Part shown: one piece after another, positions 51,595-60,823 of the stretch | How positions within the stretch are numbered: position 1 is the stretch's first letter | Layout of the letters: each line of letters opens with the position of its first letter | Program-made: the position numbers and the translations under genes | Notes under the pieces: generated by a model | What the model saw: only the letters and a program-made list of their open reading frames with translations | What the model was told of the DNA's origin: nothing | The model's database searches: none | Sequence record: MW272540.1 | Direction: 5' to 3' (one strand) | DNA: 64,000 nucleotides

Positions 51595-52589
51595 TATTTG
51601 AAATCAATGAACGTGCTGAAACTACGGCAGAAAAAAGACAAAGGCGAGATTGGATAGAGATCGGCGCAAAGTTCATGGATGCTAGAAAAAAAGCACCTAC
51701 CATGACAGCAAAAAAATTTGCAGAAGAAAATGGACTTAATTATGAAACGTTCAGTCGGGCAATGCGTCGTTTTAGAGATGATATTAAAAAATATTATTCT
51801 CTTACGAACCCGAACAAGAACAAACAGCAATGGATTGAGCTTGGTGTAGACTATTTAACAAAAAAAGAAAAAACTAATATATCCCAAGCTGAATATATAA
51901 AAGCAACTGGCTTGAACCAAGAAACTGCTTCTAGAGCTTTCCGAAGATTCAAGAGTGATATCATTCTCGCAAAAAAATTAAAAGATGCGAAAGAAACCGG
52001 AAGACGACTAACAAACAACGAGAAATACCAGTTGATGTTACAGGATTTCCGAACTAAAGTTCGTCAATATGAGAAAGAACCACAAAAATCAGAGAGAAAG
52101 TCTATTGACTGGTTCAACACTTTTATTAAAAAGAACGTGAGAGGACATAGGGTTTCAAAACCACAACCGGGAAGGTTGTATACTTTTGCGTATGACGCAA
52201 AACATAAAGCAACTCTACCATATTGGGATAAATTCCCACTTATTGTATATCTCGGGTTGAGTACAAAACACAGAGGTTTGATGTTGGGCTTAAACCTTCA
52301 CTATATTCCAGTGAAAGCCCGCAAAGAATTTATGGAAGAACTTTTAAAACACGCAACTACAGAACGTATAACCAATAGAACAACCCTAAATATAAATTGG
52401 GGGAAGGTCAAAGGTATGAGAGGGGTAGATCACATGATCAAAGCGTATTTGCCTAATCATGTTAAAGGTCCATTTATGGAAATAAAACCGCAAGATTGGA
52501 GTTCTGTTATCAATCTTCCGACTCAGCGTTTTGTTTCTGGTATGCCTCCTAAGACCTACAATACTAACAAGGTTTGGAGTTCATATTAA
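51591..52589 (+). CDS. gp2: DNA end protector
   Basis: PQPGRLYTFAYDAKHK.TLPYWDKFPLI, GLNLHY. Confidence 0.95.
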   Translation: MIFEINERAETTAEKRQRRDWIEIGAKFMDARKKAPTMTAKKFAEENGLNYETFSRAMRRFRDDIKKYYSLTNPNKNKQQWIELGVDYLTKKEKTNISQAEYIKATGLNQETASRAFRRFKSDIILAKKLKDAKETGRRLTNNEKYQLMLQDFRTKVRQYEKEPQKSERKSIDWFNTFIKKNVRGHRVSKPQPGRLYTFAYDAKHKATLPYWDKFPLIVYLGLSTKHRGLMLGLNLHYIPVKARKEFMEELLKHATTERITNRTTLNINWGKVKGMRGVDHMIKAYLPNHVKGPFMEIKPQDWSSVINLPTQRFVSGMPPKTYNTNKVWSSY

Positions 52590-53527
52590 TGTCACTAATA
52601 CCACCAATTCCAAGTATAGATTCCCTAGTGGATGGGGCTCTTACTTTCGGAGAAGGAATCTTAAACGAAGGGGATGCAAGTGAGATCCCCGATTTAACCA
52701 GATTTATGCGGAAAGTAGAAAACACCGATTTGGCAAGACCTAATATGTTCATTGTCCGATTTGGTGATTTCCGAACCACAATTTTTAGTGATGGTGTTTT
52801 CGATAGCGACTTGCCTATTTTCCCGGATGGATCGGGTGTCAGTACAAGCGATGATCTATTTTCTGGATCTAGCTATACTTGGCATAGGATACAAGATGTT
52901 GCTTTGGGGCAAGCTCATAAAATACTCACACCAAGTATGAAAAGAATATTTGGTGCTTGGGACCCATCTTTAATACGAATTATACCGGGTGCTGGTGAAA
53001 TTCTAGACGGTTTCTTAGGTTTAGATTATGATGTCAATAAAGACTTAGCTTTAATGGTTAAATCAGTTTCATTGCCATCATCAACTTTAGAAACCCAGAT
53101 CAATAGAATTGATAAATTACCCAGACATGAGGTAAAAGGTAGAAACTATGGGACAATGACCATGACGTTTTATTGCTCTCCTTCATATGAAGAACGGGCA
53201 TTAATGCTAACATGGCAAAACACCATTGTAGACCCGAAAAATGGTAGGTTTGGTTTCTACAATACTTACGCAAAAGATATAGACGTTATCACGCTTGATA
53301 GACACGGTGTAAAACAATCGACTGTACACAACGTAGGTTGTTTCCCTATTGAAGTTGGTGAAGTTCAACTTGACTTTGAGAATAATTCTCAAGTGTCTAC
53401 GTTCACAGTAACCTTTGCTGTTTCTACTACTACCCATGTACCAACTAAGGGTACAGAAACCGGTATAGATTCAATAGAGAGTATCATCAGACGTACTACA
53501 GGTGTTCTAAACGCTATTAAGAACTAA
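52589..53527 (+). CDS. gp54: Baseplate tail tube initiator
   Basis: DLARPNMF, W.NTIVDP, QVSTF.VTFA tube fold. Confidence 0.8.
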   Translation: MSLIPPIPSIDSLVDGALTFGEGILNEGDASEIPDLTRFMRKVENTDLARPNMFIVRFGDFRTTIFSDGVFDSDLPIFPDGSGVSTSDDLFSGSSYTWHRIQDVALGQAHKILTPSMKRIFGAWDPSLIRIIPGAGEILDGFLGLDYDVNKDLALMVKSVSLPSSTLETQINRIDKLPRHEVKGRNYGTMTMTFYCSPSYEERALMLTWQNTIVDPKNGRFGFYNTYAKDIDVITLDRHGVKQSTVHNVGCFPIEVGEVQLDFENNSQVSTFTVTFAVSTTTHVPTKGTETGIDSIESIIRRTTGVLNAIKN

Positions 53528-53530
53528 GAT

Positions 53531-53559
53531 AAACCCGGATCTAACGATCTGGGTTTTTT
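53531..53559 (+). terminator. Rho-independent terminator
   Basis: AAACCCGGATC-taac-GATCTGGGTTTTTT. Confidence 0.8.
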
Positions 53560-53571
53560 GTTATCTAAAAC

Positions 53572-53699
53572 ACGAACGAAGTGAGTCGCCGGAGGCGGTT
53601 CGCTACGCTCACAGATTACTTTCTAATTATAGATCTTCTATATAAATACTTATAGAAACTTTATAGTTTGATTGCAAGTGAAACTAATATTTTTTGATT
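53572..53699. repeat. Composite repeat copy 2: block A (53572-53612) plus reverse-complement block B (53621-53699)
   Basis: See copy 1; contains TATAAATA at 53641. Confidence 0.9.
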
Positions 53700-53797
53700 A
53701 AATTTTAACCGTATAATAGATCAATTAAGTCTCGTAGCTGGATCTGTTATACTAGGTAGGTAAATACTCTTATAATGAGATAATAAGGATTCTATAA

Positions 53798-54574
53798 ATG
53801 TCTACGATAGATAAAAATGTTCTTCTAACTGCTATGAAGAAGAATGTTCAAGAAACTAAGGTGAAGCTCTCTAATGGTAAAGAGATCCGGATCCGTGCTT
53901 TTGTAATGAAAGAAATGAAACTCCTTATGATGGCAAATGAAGCCGGTAAAGGAATTGAAGACGCAATCATCCAGATTGTTAAAAACTGTATTCTTACAAA
54001 GGGTGTAGTTGTAGAACAACTTCCTATCTTTGATCTGGAATCGATTTATATTGCTTTGTATCAGCTTTCTAAGGCATCTCCATACATTCCAGTTACTTTT
54101 ACTTGTGCTAATGAAATTCTTGATGAGAATGGAGAAATTCAATATGACAAATACGGTAACGTGGTTCTATGTGAGAATGAAATTAAAGTAAATTTGAATC
54201 TTAAAACCGCTAAACTCTCGGAAGCACCATCAAACGAAATCGTTTTGAACGAGAATATGAAGATTATCATGCGATATCCGAATATTAGTGAGGTTGAATA
54301 TTTCAATATCGATAAAGAATCGGAACTTTTTAATCTTATAGTTCGTTGTATCGACGAGGTTCATATGGGTTCTGACATTGTTAAAGTTGGGGTTGATATA
54401 CCTTATGAGGATATCGGGGAAGTAATGGAATATGCAGATGACAGCGCCATTATAAAAATGAGTAAGTTTGTTACTGGAATTCCTCAACATACCCTAAATA
54501 TACCAGTAAAGTGTAAAAAATGTGGTCATGAAGAAATAGTAACGCTAACGGGAGTTGAAAGTTTTTTCGTATAA
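53798..54574 (+). CDS. gp26: gp26/gp51-family baseplate hub/tail assembly chaperone
   Basis: IRAFVMKEMK.L, FDLESIYIAL, IIMRYP, CKKCGH, ends ESFFV. Confidence 0.8.
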   Translation: MSTIDKNVLLTAMKKNVQETKVKLSNGKEIRIRAFVMKEMKLLMMANEAGKGIEDAIIQIVKNCILTKGVVVEQLPIFDLESIYIALYQLSKASPYIPVTFTCANEILDENGEIQYDKYGNVVLCENEIKVNLNLKTAKLSEAPSNEIVLNENMKIIMRYPNISEVEYFNIDKESELFNLIVRCIDEVHMGSDIVKVGVDIPYEDIGEVMEYADDSAIIKMSKFVTGIPQHTLNIPVKCKKCGHEEIVTLTGVESFFV

Positions 54575-54738
54575 CCCTCGTTAACCATACAATATTTGAC
54601 CATTTCAATACAGTTTATAAATTAAGAAAAGATGGATGGTTACATTCAGATTTAGAAGAGATGACACCTTTTGAATTTGGAGTATACGTCCAGCTTTATC
54701 TTCATGAACTTAGAGAAAAGGCAAAAGAGGGTGAATAA
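54562..54738 (+). CDS. gp51: gp51-like C-terminal extension reached by -1 frameshift (no own start codon)
   Basis: -1 frame RITLVNHTIFDHFNTVYKLRKDGWLHSDLEEMTPFEFGVYVQLYLHELREKAKEGE; the frame opens only after TGA 54556; T TTT TTC at 54562-54568; its stop overlaps the gp29 ATG. Confidence 0.7.
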   Translation, partial: FFRITLVNHTIFDHFNTVYKLRKDGWLHSDLEEMTPFEFGVYVQLYLHELREKAKEGE

Positions 54739-56630
54739 TGATTGGCGAGGGAAAAAACAAGGTCTTAGATCCATCGATAAAAGACCTTAAAGAGTCTCTT
54801 GATATAGTCACGGATTCTATGCTTACGCTCGATGACAAAACGGAAAAGTTGACAAAATCAACCACCGATTTGACTGCTGCTTATGATATTAATTCTGATG
54901 CTAGTGTTTCTTTATCTCAGGAACAAGAAAAACTAACTAACCAGATTAAAAGGCAGCGTAAGACAAATATCAATAGAGATAAGGTAAACTCCGATCTCGA
55001 AAAAGAGCGCATTAAAGAATTACAGACGATTCAGGATTCCAACGAAAGACGGAAGAAGCTTGAAACTATTCTTAATGATCAACAACCTTTGGTTGATTAC
55101 TCTAATAATATTCCTGTTGAGGATGATTCCGGAAATAAAAAGAAGAAACCTATTCCGGAAGAAACAAGAGAGACCTTAGAAGAATTTATTAAGAGAGAAG
55201 TTGGAGATAGAGACGAATTTATCGAAAACTTTAAAAAGGAAAACCAGAAGACTGGTAAATTTATTCGAGAAGTTGCGGCAAAAGCTAACATAATTAATCG
55301 AATGAAAAACTCCGAGACGTCAGCAACTGCCAAAATATTGGGTCATACCATGAGTGCTGGTATGGGTATGATAACTGGAACAATTGATAATTTATTATCG
55401 TCAATCCCCGGTTATCGTGAAACTGCCAATGCTACAAAATTTGTTGCCGGGTCTATCTATGATGCACATAAAGCCAGAAAGGAAAAGAACCTTGACCGGA
55501 AAGCAGAAAAGACTTACGAAGCGAAGAAATCTGATGCAGTTTCTAAATTTCAACAAATCCCAACCCCCGGAAAATCTCCAACCGAAGAAAAAATAAAACA
55601 AGAGAGAGATTCGAGGGATAAGAAAAAGGAATCTGATGCAAATTCAAGAGAACGAGACGCAAACGATAAACGTCATAAAGGATTAATGTCTGTTCTTAAA
55701 GGACTTCAAATGTCCATGATCCTTGGTAAGCTAATGTCGTTTATAGGGCCTATAATGGCTATTGGTGGTGGGTTGATGGCTGCTGTTACTGGTCTAAGTG
55801 GTTCAGTTGCTGGTATTGGTGCGGCGGTTGCGGCGGCTCTTGGTGCTGTAGTTGGAAAGATGATCGGAAGTATGACCGACCTATTTAAAAAATTGCCGGG
55901 TTTTAGTGGACCTAAAACAACTCCGACAAAACCGACTATAGATCCAAAAACAAATAAACCAACCACAGAACCACCGAAGAATGGAAAACCAAATACTCCG
56001 AAACCTAGCGGTGGTCCCACTATAGAAACAAAGCCAACCAGTACCCCGAAACCGGGTGTTCCTGATGCGGCTGGTAAGGCGGGGAAAACCGCAGGTAAAG
56101 CTGGTGCAGGGAAAGTTGCCGCAGAAGCTGCATCTAAATTCCTTCGGTCTGGTGGTGCTCGTAAATTGGCTGGCTTTGCTTTAAAACTTGGCCTTAGAGC
56201 CATCCCATTCGCTGGTGCTGCGCTTTTAGCTTACGACATATACTCAGCCATTAAGGATAACCCCGAAATGGTAGAGAAGGGTATGGAAGCCGCCAAAGGG
56301 GCTTTTGGTAATGTTGGTGAAGTATTAGGTATTTCTTCTGCTAATGCGTCGGATGAACCTGTTGATGGTAGTAAATTGAAACCTGTTATTAAGTCTGGTG
56401 AGGACCAAGCCACATCGGCTAGGATCGAGGAAGGTAATAGGAAGGTTGAACAATTTAGAGCCAAACAGGCAGAAGAAGAGAGGAAACGGGAAGAAAGAAG
56501 GACAGAAGCTATGTACGCATCATATAACACACAAACATATAACAGTATGACGTCTGTGTTGCCGTCTGGTTTTGGTCCATATCATCCAGAAACCCCTGTA
56601 GGATCCTATGGAGTTCAACCGATATCATGA
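54738..56630 (+). CDS. gp29: Tape measure/baseplate hub protein
   Basis: Long helical and Gly/Ala-rich hydrophobic segments; sits between the chaperone and gp3. Confidence 0.7.
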   Translation: MIGEGKNKVLDPSIKDLKESLDIVTDSMLTLDDKTEKLTKSTTDLTAAYDINSDASVSLSQEQEKLTNQIKRQRKTNINRDKVNSDLEKERIKELQTIQDSNERRKKLETILNDQQPLVDYSNNIPVEDDSGNKKKKPIPEETRETLEEFIKREVGDRDEFIENFKKENQKTGKFIREVAAKANIINRMKNSETSATAKILGHTMSAGMGMITGTIDNLLSSIPGYRETANATKFVAGSIYDAHKARKEKNLDRKAEKTYEAKKSDAVSKFQQIPTPGKSPTEEKIKQERDSRDKKKESDANSRERDANDKRHKGLMSVLKGLQMSMILGKLMSFIGPIMAIGGGLMAAVTGLSGSVAGIGAAVAAALGAVVGKMIGSMTDLFKKLPGFSGPKTTPTKPTIDPKTNKPTTEPPKNGKPNTPKPSGGPTIETKPTSTPKPGVPDAAGKAGKTAGKAGAGKVAAEAASKFLRSGGARKLAGFALKLGLRAIPFAGAALLAYDIYSAIKDNPEMVEKGMEAAKGAFGNVGEVLGISSANASDEPVDGSKLKPVIKSGEDQATSARIEEGNRKVEQFRAKQAEEERKREERRTEAMYASYNTQTYNSMTSVLPSGFGPYHPETPVGSYGVQPIS

Positions 56631-57205
56631 TAAGAAATCAAACGCACATCACCAATATGCGTCTGGAAATTCCAGACGCTAATACAACAATGAATTTTGT
56701 TAACGCCGCGCAATCGGTAAATATACCATCACTAGAGATGGAAATTTCTAGAGTTTCTATAAATCAAATGGCGTCTGGTAATTTACCGGGGTCTAAGATT
56801 AACTATGAACCATTGAGAGTGAGATTTCTAATCGATGAAGATTTTAAATCGTATCAAGAGATCTACCAGTGGATGATTTCAGTCACTGATAGCAGGACTT
56901 TTGATTCTACTGCTCATTTACCGGGTGCTAGACCTAGAACCATGTTAGTTCATATACTAGATAACTCTAAAAGAAACATCTTGATGACCTTCAAATTGAA
57001 TGACCCATTCCCCAGCACAATTGACGAAATAGAGATGAGCTATGTGGATTCTGGAAACCCAGCCATAACTGGTATGGTTTCTTTTCATTATGCTACTATG
57101 AGTCTTTTGGATAAGAATGGTAATGAAATTTTACCGCTCAAAACTAAGGTCGGTACTGGTACAGGTTCAAACGGTGGGCTCGCTTTGCACCCATCACTAA
57201 GATAA
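56627..57205 (+). CDS. gp3: Tail tube terminator
   Basis: NQTHITN, QSVNIP, LPGSKINYEPL.VRFLIDED, YQWM. Confidence 0.9.
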   Translation: MIRNQTHITNMRLEIPDANTTMNFVNAAQSVNIPSLEMEISRVSINQMASGNLPGSKINYEPLRVRFLIDEDFKSYQEIYQWMISVTDSRTFDSTAHLPGARPRTMLVHILDNSKRNILMTFKLNDPFPSTIDEIEMSYVDSGNPAITGMVSFHYATMSLLDKNGNEILPLKTKVGTGTGSNGGLALHPSLR

Positions 57206-57207
57206 AA

Positions 57208-57236
57208 TTAAGTGCTTCTTTTTGTTGTGTTATAAT
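57208..57236 (+). promoter_or_regulatory. Extended -10 promoter upstream of gp1
   Basis: TGTGT-TATAAT. Confidence 0.5.
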
Positions 57237-57259
57237 CAAACCAAAAGAGGTACAAATTT

Positions 57260-57997
57260 ATGATCTATGCTATATCTGGTTTGAAAAGAACTGGAAAGGA
57301 TACGGTATCTAAATTCATCCAAGAAATGACTGGGGCTACTCCGTATGCACTGGCATATCCAATAAAAAAGGCTTTGCATTATGCTATGTGCGAACGTAGT
57401 GACGCAAGATTATCCTTATCTTGGAAGGATATCAACGGTGAAACTTCGTTTGACCGGGAAAAGGATCTCGAACTTTCTACATTAGAATTAAAATCTATCC
57501 TAAATAATGCTATACTGTATTGTAATCGAGAGTTCAATAAGTTCGAATTCACCGAGTTGGCTAAACTCATGCGTGATGTTTCTGAATTGAAATCCTCTGA
57601 TAGTATGTCATTTTGGGATATCTTTTGTTTAAGCTTTGCTAAATTTTTCGGAAACACCGAAAGAGTTGTAGAGATTGAGAACAAATATAAATGGTCGGTT
57701 CGTCGTCTGATGCAGACCCTAGGAACCGATTTAATTGTCAATGTTCGTCGTGATTATTGGTTGCAGTGTATTCCAACTTATGGATCTGACATTATTATCA
57801 CAGACATAAGACAAACCCACGAAATGCAATATTGTAGAGATAACAATGCAAAAGTTATCTTTGTTGTTAAATCTGGTATCGTATCTAAAGACTCTCATAT
57901 TACAGAACGAGGTTTAGAGCCAAAAGCCAGTGATATCATCGTATACAACGATGGTACGTTAGAATCTTTAAAATCAAAAATTCAATCTTTAATTTAA
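57260..57997 (+). CDS. gp1: dNMP kinase
   Basis: ISGLKRTGKDT, VRRLMQTLGTD, IITDIRQ.HE, HITE. Confidence 0.93.
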   Translation: MIYAISGLKRTGKDTVSKFIQEMTGATPYALAYPIKKALHYAMCERSDARLSLSWKDINGETSFDREKDLELSTLELKSILNNAILYCNREFNKFEFTELAKLMRDVSELKSSDSMSFWDIFCLSFAKFFGNTERVVEIENKYKWSVRRLMQTLGTDLIVNVRRDYWLQCIPTYGSDIIITDIRQTHEMQYCRDNNAKVIFVVKSGIVSKDSHITERGLEPKASDIIVYNDGTLESLKSKIQSLI

Positions 57998-58009
57998 GGT
58001 AAAATAAAA

Positions 58010-58240
58010 ATGCAAGAACAAGTACAACAACTTCAACAAGTAATTCTGGAACTGAAAGCTCGTATCTTTGATATCAGTGAAGCCCAATCCCGTAAAGAGC
58101 AAGAACAGGCTCAGATCTATCAGCATTTTGCAGACGCACTTGGTCTAGACAAAGAAGAAGCAACCCGACTGGATGCTTATCTAGCTAAGATCGAAAGTCT
58201 GAAGGCTGGTCAAAAACCGGTTGTTGACAGCGGCGAATAA
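58010..58240 (+). CDS. gp57A: Tail fibre chaperone
   Basis: ILELKARIFD; follows gp1 as in T4. Confidence 0.75.
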   Translation: MQEQVQQLQQVILELKARIFDISEAQSRKEQEQAQIYQHFADALGLDKEEATRLDAYLAKIESLKAGQKPVVDSGE

Positions 58241-58251
58241 TGATGTAAGAT

Positions 58252-58283
58252 AAGGGGGTGACGTAGGTCGTCCCCTTATTTTT
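58252..58283 (+). terminator. Rho-independent terminator
   Basis: AAGGGGTGAC-gtag-GTCGTCCCCTT followed by T-rich sequence. Confidence 0.6.
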
Positions 58284-58293
58284 TGGAGTCTTT

Positions 58294-58593
58294 ATGAAAA
58301 AGAGATACAAACTTGTTGACAAGGCTGGTTTTGTTATGGCATCGTATGAACCAGAAATCGTATCAAATGAGCCGGTCATCGAGCCAGTATTTATTGAAGA
58401 AAGGAAACTTTTGGCTGACCTATTGACTGATGTTTCGTTTACGGTTACTATTGCAAAACGATATAAACAAGTCGGTATTACTTCTAAACAGATTAGTAAG
58501 ATCCCGGTTGCAGAGTTTCACGAAAAAACAAAAGATTTTCAGTTTTACTTGATTATGATGGAAGAGTTTGATAAATTCTTTATCGAAGCCTAA
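58294..58593 (+). CDS. Hypothetical protein
   Basis: GGAG SD. Confidence 0.6.
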   Translation: MKKRYKLVDKAGFVMASYEPEIVSNEPVIEPVFIEERKLLADLLTDVSFTVTIAKRYKQVGITSKQISKIPVAEFHEKTKDFQFYLIMMEEFDKFFIEA

Positions 58594-58616
58594 ATACAGT
58601 TTTGAGAGGATATGTA

Positions 58617-59630
58617 ATGTCTAAAATGTTCGACCAGTTGCTTGAGTCTATGAACCAAGCAATTGCCCTTAAAACTCTTGGGTTGTCTTCCAATTTTACT
58701 GAAGAAGAACTCAAAGCCGCTTATCGAAAAGCAGCAAAAGACAATCACCCAGATCGCGGTGGTAGTACAGAAAAAATGCAGTCTGTTAACTCTGCATACG
58801 AAGAACTTAAAAATTCCGGTTCTTCTGCGACTCGTGAAGCCTCTTGGGCTCAACGAAAGCAGAAACAAGAAGACGAAAAACGTGTTGTGACTAATTTTGT
58901 TACCCACATGTTTGATAAGTTTTTTGATATCAATGCTTATCTCGATTACTTCCAAAAAATGAGTGGTAAAAAATTCACTTTTGAAAGGAAAATCAATGTT
59001 GGTACTTGGGGAACCGCGTCTGTAGATTATAAATTTTCATCAGAAGACCGTTCTGTTTTCTTTGATCTTAATGCTATGGCTCATGTGTTTATCACAAAAG
59101 CTCTTGGTGCTGGTATTGATAAACCGGAATTGGATAAAATGGGTGTCTTTACTGAGGTCTTGATCGACCGTAAGAAAGTAAAAATGTCTCAAAGTAATTA
59201 CAATCAATCAGAAACAGAAAAGTTCATGAAGGATCCGAAAATCCTTTTCCCAGAAACAAAACTGAAAAAAGCTTTTTCGGCTGACAAGAAAGTAAAACCG
59301 CTTAAAAAAGCTGATTATGTTCTTTTTGTTAAGAAAGAACTTGAAGGCAAACACCTTGGTGGTGATGATTTTGCTGTTGACATCGGTAACGGTTCTGTGA
59401 TTTACTTCTCTCGTATGACATGGATGAGAAAAGGTGTATGGAATATCAGTGGTCGAACTGGGACTAAGGAACGTTGGTCTGTCACTACTCCTTTCTACGA
59501 GACAGAAACTCCAGAAAATATGGACGTAATGAAAGAACTTGTTCAAACAATGAAATCTCATAATTCTTCAAATGGTCAGCAGATGGAGTCTCTTGTGAAA
59601 AAAATTATGTTGAAAGCAAACAAGACTTAA
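58617..59630 (+). CDS. J-domain (DnaJ-like) co-chaperone
   Basis: LGL..EEELKAAYRKAAKDNHPDRGGSTEKMQ.VN.AYEEL with intact HPD. Confidence 0.88.
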   Translation: MSKMFDQLLESMNQAIALKTLGLSSNFTEEELKAAYRKAAKDNHPDRGGSTEKMQSVNSAYEELKNSGSSATREASWAQRKQKQEDEKRVVTNFVTHMFDKFFDINAYLDYFQKMSGKKFTFERKINVGTWGTASVDYKFSSEDRSVFFDLNAMAHVFITKALGAGIDKPELDKMGVFTEVLIDRKKVKMSQSNYNQSETEKFMKDPKILFPETKLKKAFSADKKVKPLKKADYVLFVKKELEGKHLGGDDFAVDIGNGSVIYFSRMTWMRKGVWNISGRTGTKERWSVTTPFYETETPENMDVMKELVQTMKSHNSSNGQQMESLVKKIMLKANKT

Positions 59631-59637
59631 AATAAAA

Positions 59638-59666
59638 TTCACTGGGGGTAATTTGTGTGTTATAAT
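59638..59666 (+). promoter_or_regulatory. Sigma70-like promoter
   Basis: TTCACT-N17-TATAAT with TG. Confidence 0.65.
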
Positions 59667-59696
59667 TACCCCATAAATAACTAGAGAGAAAATAAT

Positions 59697-59888
59697 ATGT
59701 ATAAATTTGTAATTCATCCCGTTGATCATACTGCAACCAAAATTTTGGTTGACTCCAAGCGTGTGGTTGGTTTGGTTGAAAAATCCGGTATCACGGTAAT
59801 TACCGTAGAGGATAAATGGGGTAATGATTTTATTTTCAATATCAGCGATAATTTTGATTATATTGCGGGTAAAATTATTCACGATTGA
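59697..59888 (+). CDS. Hypothetical protein, 63 aa
   Basis: GAGAG SD downstream of the promoter. Confidence 0.55.
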   Translation: MYKFVIHPVDHTATKILVDSKRVVGLVEKSGITVITVEDKWGNDFIFNISDNFDYIAGKIIHD

Positions 59889-59950
59889 AAGATATCGTGT
59901 TAATATAGGTTTGTCGGGTGAGATTCCCGACAAACAAAAGGTATTTTAGT

Positions 59951-60024
<74 letters not shown>

Positions 60025-60038
60025 CTAAAATACTTTCC

Positions 60039-60122
60039 GGGGATGTGGTGAAATTGGCAGACACACCAGATTTAGGTTCTGGCGCTTAATGTGTGTGGGT
60101 TCGAATCCCACCATCCCCACCA
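60039..60122 (+). tRNA. tRNA-Leu(UAG)
   Basis: CCAGA-TTTAGGT-TCTGG; variable arm; CCA end. Confidence 0.92.
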
Positions 60123-60145
60123 AATTATAAAAATGAGAAACATAA

Positions 60146-60793
60146 ATGAAAATAATTGTATTGAATGGGAAAGAGTATTCTATCCCAGTTTGTTGTAAAT
60201 ATTTGGGTGTTGACCCGGATGGTGAAATTTTTTGTTATGTAGAAAAGCCGATTCGTTATTATTCTAATAACGATTGGATTTTTGTTCCACCGAAAGAAAA
60301 CGAGGATGATGCGTTTTATATCGGAAAAGTAGAAAATAAAAATCTTCTTGGTCTGTGTATTTCTCTTGATGAAAATACTGAATATAAAGAAACTTCTTGT
60401 TGGGTAAGGCTTGGTTCTTATAATATCCCAAACCGAAACGGACGAGTTATCCATATAACAGAACCTCTTTTACAAGAGTTTAAAGATAAACTACCAAAAA
60501 AGATCAACCACGGACAAAATACACTTAAAAACAATAATTTTTATGATGTTCCGAATCCAGTTGGTACTATTAACGATATCTCTTGGGAACTTCGTGATAA
60601 CGGTATAATGCATGTTTATGGTAATATATCAAAATACGATAACCCGGTCTGGGATAAGTTTTGTGGAGATCACGACTTCTCATTAAGAGCGGTTGGAACG
60701 ATTCGGAAAACAGACAGTCTTATTCACGAGGATGTTTCCAATATCATTTCTTGGGATCTAGAAGATTTTGATCTGATTGAAAAAAGATTTTAA
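60146..60793 (+). CDS. Two-domain protein; C-terminal half resembles a gp21/HK97-type prohead protease
   Basis: PNRNGR, INHG, ISWE..NG..VYGNI, FSLRAVG, IISWDL parallel the gp21 motifs. Confidence 0.5.
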   Translation: MKIIVLNGKEYSIPVCCKYLGVDPDGEIFCYVEKPIRYYSNNDWIFVPPKENEDDAFYIGKVENKNLLGLCISLDENTEYKETSCWVRLGSYNIPNRNGRVIHITEPLLQEFKDKLPKKINHGQNTLKNNNFYDVPNPVGTINDISWELRDNGIMHVYGNISKYDNPVWDKFCGDHDFSLRAVGTIRKTDSLIHEDVSNIISWDLEDFDLIEKRF

Positions 60794-60823
60794 TTTTTAT
60801 TAAAAATATGAGAGTATAATATT

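Noticed and set aside
54569-54580. In-frame stop readthrough at the gp26 TAA
   Set aside because: The 0 frame after TAA gives a short non-homologous peptide; the gp51-like sequence is in the -1 frame.
55900-56130. PTKP/GKA low-complexity repeats in gp29
   Set aside because: Protein-level linker; no DNA repeat array or spacer structure.
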